NCBI GenBank assembly: GCA_002189035.1 | Contig: CM007990.1 | Span: forward strand, 1,860,001-1,924,000 | From: Utricularia gibba | Lineage: Eukaryota; Plantae; Magnoliophyta | Reading direction: 5' to 3' | DNA: 64,000 bases | Shown: piece by piece, positions 52,338 to 64,000 of the stretch | Numbering within the stretch: the stretch's first letter is position 1 | Layout: each line of letters begins with the position of its first letter | The notes under the pieces: model-generated | Told to the model about the DNA's origin: nothing | Seen by the model: the letters and a program-made list of their open reading frames with translations, nothing else | Database searches by the model: none | Translations under genes and position numbers: made by a program

Positions 52338-55198
52338 ATGGCCGATGATGAAGTTAGAGAAGAATCTTATGTTTCTATTCCACATGGTGGACCAATATAT
52401 GTTCCTGACATGATCGGTCTGCACACGAGAGTTCCAGATTTCGAGAGCTCAGTATTTCTTGAGCTTCAGGTACTCTTCCCAACGCTGGCATGCATCGGTT
52501 GAAAAAGAAAATATTCATTTTTTAAAGTTTTCACTATATTCATAGCGTGTTTCCTTTCTTGTTTTACTAATATACAGTGTATTTCCTAAATGCAGAGTTT
52601 AGAAGACGAACTGTCTGTTTCTCACGTGGATATGATTGATGAAGACTTTTCGTAAGTTTTTGTTTCTTTTTTATTACTCCTGCGTCATGAAAATGCCATG
52701 GAGGTGGAAAGATTGTAACTAATTGTACTGACCGGAGTTGCTATAAAAGTAAAAACATGCGTGATGGTTATTGTTCCTTTTATTATCTAGAGTTTTTCAT
52801 TAGTTGCCTGTTATTTTTGCTACATGCATATGTTTTCTTGATACCTGTTCGTTCATATTGCTTATCGAGGCTTTATTTGTTCTCCAAATTTTATTGTCCT
52901 CTATGTTACCAGCAAGTAATGTTTTAGGTCCATCACCATTTGTTTTAATACTTCTCAGGGTTGATGAACTGAAAATAATGGAGGATGAAGATTTGGTTAC
53001 TAAAGCGTTTGAGGAGGCTTTCAAGGTAGGTGTTATGTAATCACTTAAAGAATATCTTGATCATCATACTTCTAAACCTTTTTTTCCCGGAATTATGATG
53101 ACAGCCATGTAGTGATTTTGAATTGGATGCTTCACAAGTTACAGAAGTGTGTTCACAATCTCGGTTAGTGTTAATTCTAATCAACTAATTAAATACATTA
53201 TTTTCTTTTGATACTCCAATTGTTTGTGGAAACCTGAGGGGATGTTTTTTCCTTGATTTTATTTCTTGACTTACTTCAGTATTAAAAGCATTTCTTTCTT
53301 CTTCCTATTTTTTTTTTGTTGATGTAATTGTTTTAGCATGTTTCTATCATCAATTGCCGATTTCTGTTGCTATACAAAAATGATTTGATTATAGTGTGGT
53401 GAGCTTTTTTTGTTGTCGATTTTCAGTGGTCTGTATGCTCTTATTAGTATCCCAATTCTCCATAGATTTTTCTTCTCAATTCTGTTGGTTTTTTTTTAAT
53501 GCTTCTGGTTCGCATCAAAAATATTTCAGAAAATTAAAAACTACTCCAAGCTCTGAGCAAGATTCTACACAAACCACAGAAGATGCATGGGCAATGGTTC
53601 CTAGTGATTCTGCTGATGTCTTGCCTCTCAAAATCTATGTAGATAAGAAACAACAAGATAGAAATTCCAGTACCAAAAGAAAAAGGAAGCTGCAAACTAA
53701 AGAGAATAGCTTTTTGGACGTGAGAATTTATGAGCTTTGGTGTAATTTTTTCATTTTACCCAATTTGTTATAATTCCGCTCCTTCAGGAAAGTTCTATGG
53801 CAAAGATTGAGGAACTTTCCAGAATCAAACGAAAGCAGGAGGAAAATAGAAGAGTAGTGAGATTGCATTCTTTCAAGTAAGGAGACTGGAGATTGGTATT
53901 GTTTCATTTGATTGTTGTACTATTAAAGTAATATTTTCTAATCCTAATGTGCTCCTCTAGTAGATGTTCAGACTTACCTCAGTCAAAAAATTCTTCTTCA
54001 GTTACAAAAATTGATGCCATGAGATTTGTGAGGTTTGCCACAGTCGCTAAAAAGGTTCGATATTTTTGTTGTCTGTGCATAAATAATGATGTGTTTTCCT
54101 ATAAGAAATACTTCATGATTTAGTAGTGAATCCCGTAACTGTATTTAGTGAAGTTTTTTCCCCTCACCGTTTCTAATGCCTACTAGGTAAGAGCCACCAA
54201 CACATGTGCCAATGTACCTGTAGATTTTCCTGAAACGGTTCTATGTATTGAAGTTTACCACTGCCGAAGACCATGGTCAAAGGTACTTTTTTCTCAGTGC
54301 ACATTCTAGGAAGCATGAATTTTCAATGCTTTCATTTTCGTGTATGATTTTTCTTATTGTATACTCTAGTCTCAAGAGTTTTTGGTTCTGGGAAGGCAAT
54401 TTCTAACTGAACTGAAAGACAAAATCAACTGTGTCACTGATGAGATGATGAAGAAGAAGGGGGTTCACAATCCCTCTGGATACTTCTTGATAGAAGTACT
54501 TCACTTTCTCCTTGCTGTAATTCTGGTTTATCTGTTCTCGTTGATAAAACTCTAAACTAGTTTCATCTGTTTCTAAGGACTGTTTTTGCAATGATACAAG
54601 GAGCCCCACAGCTTCAGACTACAGTAAGCCAATACTTGATTGGCTTGAGAACTTTAGGGATGACGCATATGAAAAGTGGGAATACATTACTTCGGGTGAA
54701 TTACAGCAGAAGCAGAAGGTGCTTGTTGGGATTAACAAGAAGATTCAGTTACCCAGGTTCAGATCCGTTCAAATGCAGGCAACAAGATTTTGTGACCTGG
54801 GATTTAGAGTCGGAGCTGGATATCTATACTGTCATCAGGTACCATTCTCTTCTGGATGCCATCTTGCGCCGTTAAGCATCATTTCCTGCAATCCAAAGTA
54901 TCTTCACATGCAGGGAGACTGTAAACACGTGATTGTCATCCGGGACATGAGACTGATTCATCCCGAAGATTTGCAGAATCGAGCGGCCTATCCATTAATG
55001 ACCTTCCGGTCGAAGTTCCGGCACAGGAAATGCTGTGTATGTAAGATCTTCATGGCCCGCAAGGTCACCATGGACGACAAATGGGCTGCTCCGAATCCCT
55101 GTTATTTCTGCGATGTTTGCTATTATATGCTTCACTACGCGCAGGGGGGCTCATTGCTTTACAGTGATTTCTCTGTATACGACTACCTTGAAGAGTGA
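52338..55198 (+). CDS. SRD2: snRNA-activating protein complex subunit (SNAPc3/SNAP50 homologue), multi-exon
   Basis: ATG at 52338: [25 protein letters not shown]; [22 protein letters not shown]; RLHSF; [19 protein letters not shown]; PSGYFLIE; [17 protein letters not shown]|[19 protein letters not shown]; zinc-finger region CCVCKI...[15 protein letters not shown]; GT-AG introns. Confidence 0.93.
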
Positions 55199-56049
55199 CT
55201 TGGAAATAGTGCGATTGGTTTATTAAGATTGTGGTCTGTTTTTTCCTTTTCTTTTTCACGCCATGGCTCTGTTGTTTCGTTCCATTTCATTTCTATGATA
55301 ATGATTTTAGATACACTAAACTAGATGAATTTATTAAGCCATATTTGATTAGTAAATGATAATGAATGGAGAGGCCCGTTTACAGCGTCTCACTCACTGA
55401 ATTAGGTGGTATTTGATATTTTAATTATGCCTCAGTTAAATGATATTTGTAGATTTAAAAACAATGTCTTATTGGTTGAAATGTTTTGGATTTAGATTTA
55501 TTATGTATTTGGTACATGGATTTCAAATGATTGGGCTCATCAATTTGAAATCTCAAATTACTTAATTATACATCAATTCCCAACTTATTCTCCATTAAAG
55601 ACATACCAAGATCCACAACCCTTATTTATTGAGTGTCTTTTGTTTAATAAATTTTAAATAAGAAATAAAATGTAAACCATCTTGAAAGTATTATTCAAAT
55701 GTTAATTATAAGGAGTTGATTTTTGAAAAAAATGTATAGTTGAAAACTGAATATAAACTATCATAATTGTGTAAATGAGATTGTACTACGTAAATAATAA
55801 AAATATATTTTAATATACCTTAATTAAGAGAATTATTTTCCAAATTAGAATCATTTCCAACCATGTTCAATGCAAACCTCATTTCTCTTTGACTCTTTTG
55901 GATAATTGGTTTGAAAAACAAGAAGTTGTCTAGCTTAGATGTAATTTTGTGCAAGATTTTTTTTCGAGTATGATGGAAATTTTTTAATAGAAATTTTAAA
56001 ATTAAATGTACTTGATCTCAATACTTTGAAGATAGATTTTCTTTTAGGA

Positions 56050-56420
56050 AGGTACATCAAATATAAGGGTAACATAAAACCATAATAAATGGGTAATCAA
56101 TATAGACAATATCATATTAGGGTGCATGAGTCATTGCATCTGCAAATTTGGAGTCTATAAAACCGTAGTGTCTAAAAAAGAGATGTAGTTCTTCAGCTCT
56201 CATCTACAAACTATTATATTGATTGAGAATTCGAATAAGAATATCATCAATGTCTAGCAAGGAAATTGGAGTACTTTGAAAGTAAGTGCGCAGATTTACC
56301 ATCCAAAGTCCATTGGGGATATCATACAACCCAAAGGAATACTATCAGGAAACACCTTTCATGCTAGCTTACAGAATAGAAGCATTGGTCCCTCTTAAAC
56401 TATACTTTGAAAGTTATCAA
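56050..56420 (+). mobile_element. Degenerate Ty3/gypsy (Tat-like) integrase fragment
   Basis: LPSKVHWGYHTTQRN..QETPFMLAYRIEALVPL resembles the Tat integrase C-terminal core. Boundaries approximate. Confidence 0.55.
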
Positions 56421-57592
56421 GTAGAGACATACAATAAAGCTACTTAATAAAAAAGACTTGGTATTCAAAAGCATCCTAGCATCTTAGATGCTTAATATGT
56501 TAGAAAGGCACTAGAAGAGGCCCTATCAAGTGGTCAACTGGAGGATTTTAGAGTATGGAGAAGTTGTCTAGAATTTAGGTGTCTCTTTGATTTCATTTAA
56601 AATCTTTTACTAGTCATTGTTTGAATAGATTTATATGTCATTGGCTGATTTGTTTTTACGATCTCATTTCTTTAAATTCTTATTGTTCATATGCCTCATA
56701 ATAATAAATGTCCAGTTATTATTCGTTCTAAAATGCTTAAGGCATTTCCACTTTCATGAGGATCATCTGTTAAACGACCAATAGCCTCAAGCTAACTTAT
56801 CACCTTAATGAAGATCCTTAATACTCGATGAAGGTTTATCGTTTGATCCCAATGCACATGCTCTCCAATGAAAGGTTGTTGATTCTTTATCGAACAATCA
56901 TTCAAGGGATTTTGACCCTTGATAAGGAGCTCATTTTTTGTGTGTTTCACCCAATGAGGATTTTTGTTGGGTTTTTTGACAAAAAATGATCATTTTTCAT
57001 TTCTTTCGCACACGTTGAGAAAAAATTGACCATTTTTATCACACATTTAAAATACAATGGCTAAAATTCTAATACACCCAGGTTTTTGTTTACCCCTATT
57101 TTGGTGTCCATATGGCATAGACCTATGATGGCTATTTGACAGCTAGATAGATGTTAACTCAAATTAAATGCAATTGACATCCATGGTGTGAAATGATTAC
57201 ACCATTTTGAATTCCTAAGTGCCGTTCATCTTATGATCCCATTTTGATGTATTTCCATAAAAAAAAAATAGGGAAAATTGTAGTAAAGTTCCCTTTTCAT
57301 GTAAAATAGCAGAAGATTTAAATAAAATCTCACAAGATTTAAATAGTATATTTGATATAAGTCCATTAAGAAAAGATTTCTTTTTTTCTTTATAAAAGAA
57401 TTTTAGCACCAAAATTTGAAAGAGTCCAAAATTTTCATTCTTAGAATCTTAGTGTTAAGTACCACACTCTTTATTTTCATTTACCTTTAGTTTTTAATTT
57501 TTTTCATGTTTTCAAGTTGAGTATGTGTGCTTAATTACTTGTTTGCTAAAGATCTGTAGTTAAGTCATGCATACACTATAAAGCTAGGGGCC

Positions 57593-58029
57593 TATAAAGG
57601 TATCCTACATTGGTTTTGGATGGGAAATGGGGTGTGCTTAAATAGAGTAATCTTCCTAATTTTACATGAGACTTTTTCCCTGAAAAAAGAGAACGTAAAA
57701 CTATGAGAGTTGTATGTCTGAAACGGACAATATCATATAAGGTGAGAATGGGTCGTGACATTTGTTATCAGAGCCAAACTTGATCTCATGCTAATGATGG
57801 TAAGTGGTGAAATTGAGTAAGGATGTTATATCTTAGAAAAGGGAAATGAAAGGACAGAGACCTATGATGGTATCCCATATTGATTTTAGATGGAGATAGA
57901 ATGTGTTTAAATAGAGAAATTTTTCTAATTTTATATGAAGTCTTTTTACCGGAAGAAAAGAATGTAAAATTATGAGTGTTGGGCATTTGAATCAAATAAT
58001 ATCGTGCAAGATGAGGATGGTTCGTAACA
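57593..58029 (+). mobile_element. Decayed TRIM (terminal-repeat retrotransposon in miniature), ~437 bp
   Basis: Two related ~168-bp repeats (57593-57760 ending GGGTCGTGACA; 57863-58029 ending GGTTCGTAACA); PBS-like TGTTATCAGAGCC at 57763-57775; purine-rich tract before LTR2; ~100-bp non-coding interior; no TSD. Confidence 0.8.
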
Positions 58030-60494
58030 TACGCAAGTCATATGTGAGTTAATATTTTACTATATTTTTTATATTTAATTTGATATTTTAGTTTCATTTT
58101 ACTTATGTTTTTCATGCAAATATATTCTTTATTACCATTGAACCCTAAGTATATATGAGAGAATTCAAAATTAGCTTCAAGCATTTAAGAAGAAGAACTC
58201 AATTAAAAACAATGTCAATATGCATTTGATCTAATTTATCTTCAAGAGTGTAATCTGTGAGAATTAGAATTTAATTTCAAGAAAAGATGAATAATATGAA
58301 GAATGTGCTAGAAAGTAACATAATTTTATAATAATAGTTTCAAAATTTACCCAAGCAAGTTAATCATTAGGTTTCATGTACACACATAAGGACAAGTTTA
58401 TGCTTTAAGCCCATCTTTTTTATTTTATGTTTTGCTTACTTTATTGTTTTTAATAAAGTTCAAATTAATTAATTTTCTGTAGATAATATTTTACTTATTA
58501 TGTATGTATGTATAATTTTGTATAGGATGGTTATGTAAGATAAATATCATATTATTCCTAAATACGATGTTGAAGATAAATATGATAGATTTGCAATAAT
58601 TCAATTCTAAAAAATTTACAAAAATATTAGATTGAATATGCAGAATTATTAAAATAGTAAGATATATTTCTATGATTTTAATATTCATTAATGTATAAAA
58701 AAAAGATTTAATCGAACATAGTTAGATAAATTTCAATTGATATTTTGTATATTAACTATTTCTAGTAATTTCAAGTCATCTTATGTTTTGTAATAAAACT
58801 AGTTTTCACATACTTGAATAAATTTAATAGTTCCCACTTTTATTATCACTTCCGGTACTGGCAGGAGAATCTATTGAATGAGGATTAGGTGGGGAGCAAG
58901 CTCTAACAATTGAAAACTTATTTCATGCTTGATGTCCTTCCTTGTGTGTCGGAGATATAAAATTATTTGATTTCTTGAAATTTAATAATATAATTTGACA
59001 TTTGGGATTTTTGGAAAGTGATATTGATGTCCTTGAGAAGAAAGCTTGAAATTAATTGGAAAATTAGACAACGATGAAATTAATTGAAATATAATAATCC
59101 CAACGCACCTCTTGGTTTGCATTCAATAAAAATAGTAACATAAAATGACACGAATAAGCAATTTTAAATATTTTTACGATGGGTTTTTAAAATATGAAAT
59201 CTCAATATTCCAACTCAAATTAACATACCTTAAATAAATAATCATATCATTTTATGGTAATTCCACACTCTACATTGAACTTAAATGTTATTTCAATGGG
59301 CAATTATTATTTATTATTACATCCATTAATCCTTAATGACTGGCACGGTTAGCCTTCACTTGGTGGAACCTGATTGGCGGCGTCTCAATCATGGCGTAGG
59401 GGAGATCCTATTTTTTGCCCTTTCGAGTAAAATGATACATATACTAATGTCTATTTTTTACATTTTTTTTTATCAGAATCAGGTTTGATATTATATAAAT
59501 AAAATTAGTTTGAAATTATAAAACTATTTTTTGTAATAATGTAAAATTATATTTATAAAATTTAATAAAATAAAATATATATATTATATAGTTTAATGTA
59601 TTAAATTATTATAATTTAATATTATGATATAAATATATTTTTAGAATAAATTAAAAATAAATAGTATAATTTTTCTAATTATTTTTTTGTTTAATTTCTG
59701 AAATAAAGATTCAATAAATTTAATAATTTTTGAAGTCAATTACAAAATTTAAACTTCTGATTTTACTAATGAACGACTAAAAATTAGAATCTTCAAAAAT
59801 TAAACAGAATCATTTTAAAAAGTTTAAAACATAGAATTGGGCTTAATTAAGAGGTAAAAATTAACAAAATTTCAAGATTTTAACCCCAACAAACTTGGGA
59901 GTAAAAAATTATGTATGATATTTGGTCAATTTCATTTCAATCGTGATGAGTAATTGTTACTAATTAGGGTGTATATGTAGAAATCAATTCTGAAGCAATG
60001 ATGAAGTATTAGGTTAATTAGCGTGGCCGTTGGAGTTGGAAATACTGTAACGGGTATTTCATTACTAATTATTACCTGTTGTTTTTGTTTTTGTGACTCG
60101 TGCAGGATGGCGTGGGGGGTGAGAGAGACAACGGCACAAGTTTCAGACAACCCACACTGACTGAATACTTTTATGTGCGTTGGGTTAGGTTTACAATTTG
60201 TGCATATTTTGACAAGAAAATCAATCTCGCGCAGGTATGATGATATCCATGGCGATGTTGGGCAGTTGAGATGAGAATCTGTGAATTTGAGTGTGGGCAT
60301 GGTTAAAGCAAGCAAATTTTTGAATGTGGTCAATTGTTTTACTGCTCTATGAGGAAATGATCTTGAAGCCCTAAATCCGGGTGTGGATTGCGATCATTGT
60401 TTCCATTTCCTCGGTGATTACCCTTTTCTTATTGGGAGGGTTGTATGTTTTTTTTTTTGGTTTTTAGGGAAGGCATCGCGATTCGGCGTGTGGG

Positions 60495-63400
60495 ATGGAT
60501 TCTGAGGACGACATGCACGATGCGATCGAGACGGGATCGATGGAGGACGATGACGACTATTTCAGTGGAGGGGAGGAGCATGATGCCGTGGAAGGCAGGG
60601 GGCAGGATGATGACGGCGATGATGATGATACTGGTGACTACGAATTCATTGCTGATTATTACGACGACGGGCATGATGTTGTCTCGAGTCGGTCGCAGGT
60701 ATAGTACTGTTGCCTGGGTCCTCCTTTGTTTTGCCCCAACAGCTGTTAGACTAATTCCCTATATCAGGACGTCCACTCTAGTTCTTTTTTGTTCTGGGTT
60801 CGTTGTTTTTAGGGGTCACTATGCGCGCAAGTGAGTCGTCAGATATGTGCTTATAGTCGCCAAGTGGCCAAATTTAAGTTGCAAAAGCTAGAACGTTGAT
60901 TTCTAGTAACCGGGTGGAGAATTCTGTTGCTATAATATGCTGTTCAACGGCTTGTAGAATCTATGCTTTGTATGTTAATATGATCACATATGTGTTCCAG
61001 AAGAACTATTGTATTTTAAAAGAAGAAGATATACAGCAGCGTCAAGAAGAAGATATCACGAAAGTTTATACAGTACTCTCAATTTCAAGGCATGCTGCAT
61101 GCATTCTTCTGCGTCGTTATAACTGGTAATGTATCAGTATGTATATTTTGGCGGTGCCCGTTTTTCATGATATTTTTATTGTTTGTAATTTCTTTTGTTC
61201 AGGAGTGTGAATAATGTGCATGAAGAATGGTTTGCTGATGAAGACACGGTTCGTAAGGCAGTTGGTTTATTCGAGAATCCAATTTCTAGGCCCTCACATA
61301 ATATGGAAGTGCGCCAAGTGCTCTACTCTGCTTTCATTTATTCTTTCTTTTATCATTCCTTCTTGACAGGCTTAAATGTTTCCCTAGTAGGTTACTTGTG
61401 GAATCTGTTTTGAGTGCTATCCTGCCGGCAGCTTACAATCTGCATCCTGTCCTCATCTTTTTTGTAATTCATGCTGGAAAGGTAGGGACATCTTTTTTTT
61501 TTTTTTTTGGGTCTCCCCCTTCTCTTCTTTACACACAACTGTTCAGTATTTATGCTTAGTAGTCATCCTAGAATGGGTGGAATGGAAAGTTATGTATGAC
61601 TGATGAGTATTTGCTATTCATCAGCTTACATTAGCACATCTGTCAATGATGGGCCTGGATGCTTAATGCTGAGGTGTCCTGATCCATGTTGTGGTGCTGC
61701 TGTTGCCCAGGATATGATCAATAAGTTTGCTTCTAATGAGGATAGGCAAAAGTATAACCGCTATCTTCTTAGATCTTATGTTGAAGACAGTCGTAAGGTA
61801 GGCCCATAGGATTTTCCTTTGCCTTGTTTTCTTTGTCAGCCAATTTATATTGGAATCTACTAAGGGGTACAAGTCTGTTTACTGGTTTCAAGTGTGAGTA
61901 GGTCGAAATGCGTATTCTCTAATCCGCTTGCACTTTCACTGATGGTGTTGTGTACTGTTAAAAAATTTTGATCGGCTACATCTAGACATCTATCTTTCCA
62001 ATCTTTCACTGCAGATTAAGTGGTGTCCTGCTCCTGGTTGTGACTCTGCTGTGGAATATTTTTTTGGTAGCGGGAACTATGATGTAACCTGCAGGTGTTC
62101 TTATAGCTTCTGTTGGAATGTAAGGAGCATTTTCTTGAGTCATTGTATTCTCATTTGCGAGTTTCCATGTCTGAGTCATTATGAGCTGGCGGAAATTAGT
62201 GCACAGAAGAGGCTCACCGTCCTGTTGACTGCGAAACTGTGGAAAAATGGATCCTAAAAAATAGTGCAGAGTCTGAAAACATGAATTGGTATTCTTTCAT
62301 CATTATGTCTGTACTTAATCATACGCAAAGGTTACCTTTAATTTATGGTCATTTGTCTATTTAGGATACTGGCTAATTCAAAGCCTTGCCCCAAGTGCAA
62401 GCGTCCAATTGAAAAGAACCAAGGCTGTATGCACATGACTTGCACACCACCTTGTAAATTTGAATTTTGCTGGTATTTTTTTTTTTGTTTTCTTATTCTG
62501 TTTTTGGTCCTTACACAGCAACTGCCTTGTTTCCTATGGAGAGGGATGTATTGACATATAAGATTTTGTAGGCTGTGTCTTGGTGCGTGGACAGACCATG
62601 GAGAAAGAACAGGAGGTTTCTATGCATGTAACCGTTATGAAGCTGCAAAGCAAGAGGGAGTGGTGTGTAACTAAGGAGATTCTCTTTTTTACTTTAACTT
62701 TCCATTGTCCTTTGACACTTTCTCCCTTTTTTTTTTCTACCCGGATTGTGCCCTCAGTATGATGAAACTGAAAGGAGAAGGGAGATGGCTAAAAACTCCT
62801 TGGAAAGATATACTCATTATTATGAGAGGTGGGCCTCCAACCAAACGGTATGTTGTTATTGATGCCTAATATACCTCACGTTTTATGCAGTTTCCCATTT
62901 CATTCCTCTTCACTAACTGTTGGAACTTCCAATTACACGTTAGTTTTAAAAACAATAATGAAACTTGAAGCCAATGATTGTGAAAATGGTTTTTTGTGCT
63001 TTCCATACCTGTTTTGGCAGAGTTGAACTAATGCTAAGCATACTTTATCTTGCCAATGAAGTTATTTATTTCCTTACAAATCTATGAAACCTGCAGTCAA
63101 GGCAGAAGGCTATTGCAGATCTGCATGAAATGCAAAATGTGCACGTAAGACTGTCATTTCATCTCTGTGCTTTATGGCTTGTCGTTATATCATGTTAGCA
63201 TGATCAAATTAGATGGTGTTGGTGAATTTAGTTCGTGGCATCTTAGCAATTTCTGCTTCATTTGATTCAACTAATAGTCCAAAAGTAATTTTATGTTTAT
63301 TGCCTTTTGATTGGTTTAACTTTGATTTATAGTTTACTTTATCCAACTCAAAGAATCTCTTCCCACCTTAACAGCCAGCCGTGGCTATGAAAGTATTTTT

Positions 63401-64000
63401 TACAACTCATGGATAAGTCTTTTGCATATTTCCAAACCACATGTTGCTGAAGAACAGGAGTTTTTTTTATCAGCATCCTCCTTTCTTAAAGGATGCAAAA
63501 GCATTATTTGTGGAACAAAACCCAAGGTTGATGAACTGAGAAGTAATTTTTATTAAATTCCCTCGCATGCAGCTTGAGAAGCTTAGTGAAAAGCAATGCC
63601 AGCCTGTCTCTCAGCTAAAATTTGTAGTTGAAGCATGGCAGCAGGTAATTTGAAGACTTGATATTTGAATTTTATATTAGTTGTGTATCTAATCAAATGC
63701 ATGTGAAAATTCTTGTCTTGTCAGTGTACATAAGGTCTTTTTGCCTTTCTGTAAAAATTATGTCCATTGGCTTGCGGGAAAAACATCTCTAGTCAAGCCG
63801 CCATTCTGATAGTAAATAAATATGATTTTTTTCATCAACGGTTAGAGGAAAAGGTGAAAATAAATTTGGTTTTTGATGGTGGCTTAGTGGCATATCACAA
63901 GGACCAGACTTTGGATGTAGAATGTGCTTTCTAACTGGTATTTCAAACTCCATTTTGGCACGGCCTAAGCTTTATGACCATGCATTTTCAACTGCTTGTA
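60495..64000 (+). CDS. ARIADNE RBR E3 ubiquitin ligase (ARI7/ARI8-like), multi-exon; continues past the window end
   Basis: Acidic N-terminus [10 protein letters not shown]; RING1 VTCGICFE...[10 protein letters not shown]; [12 protein letters not shown]; [11 protein letters not shown]...[20 protein letters not shown]; RING2 [33 protein letters not shown]; ARIADNE domain [12 protein letters not shown]. Last visible exon ends at 63644. Confidence 0.96.

Noticed and set aside
53788-53876. Possible frameshift in an SRD2 exon
   Set aside because: Re-reading gives [12 protein letters not shown] in frame with a phase-2 intron; no lesion.
44093-55198. U5-40K and SRD2 (both snRNA-related) are neighbours, and the USE-bearing TRIM is 2.4 kb from SRD2
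   Set aside because: Two genes 7 kb apart with TE debris between; nothing beyond chance supports functional clustering.
59932-60333. 133-aa minus-strand ORF upstream of the ARIADNE gene
   Set aside because: TTG start, no motif, low-complexity promoter DNA.

Overview
AT-rich eudicot plant nuclear DNA, in three parts. (1) 1-2.8 kb holds the 5' half of a PH-domain RhoGAP gene (minus strand). (2) About 9-30 kb is a nested transposon block: Athila-like LTRs and a gag-protease derivative, a decayed PIF/Harbinger element, a 1.1-kb foldback element and a decayed chromovirus-like Ty3. It also contains a very young 5,352-bp Ty1/copia element (16900-22251) with apparently identical 320-bp LTRs, a GAGAT target-site duplication, three gag zinc knuckles and two in-frame stop codons in RT. 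(3) 30.5-64 kb is gene-rich: eIF3d, a secreted LRR protein, a group IId WRKY with a GC-AG intron, a pseudogene, a small putative Tat-pathway thylakoid protein, U5 snRNP 40K, SRD2/SNAPc and the 5' part of an ARIADNE RBR E3 ligase. eIF3d and the LRR gene each lack one base at a G/C homopolymer, most likely assembly errors. I found no unambiguous new biological system. The most intriguing leads are a decayed TRIM whose two LTRs keep a U6-type USE + 23-24 nt + TATA promoter layout, the young but RT-dead copia, and an Athila-like ORF with an apparent in-frame loss of RT/RNase H. Family assignments come from motif recognition by eye, not database searches.
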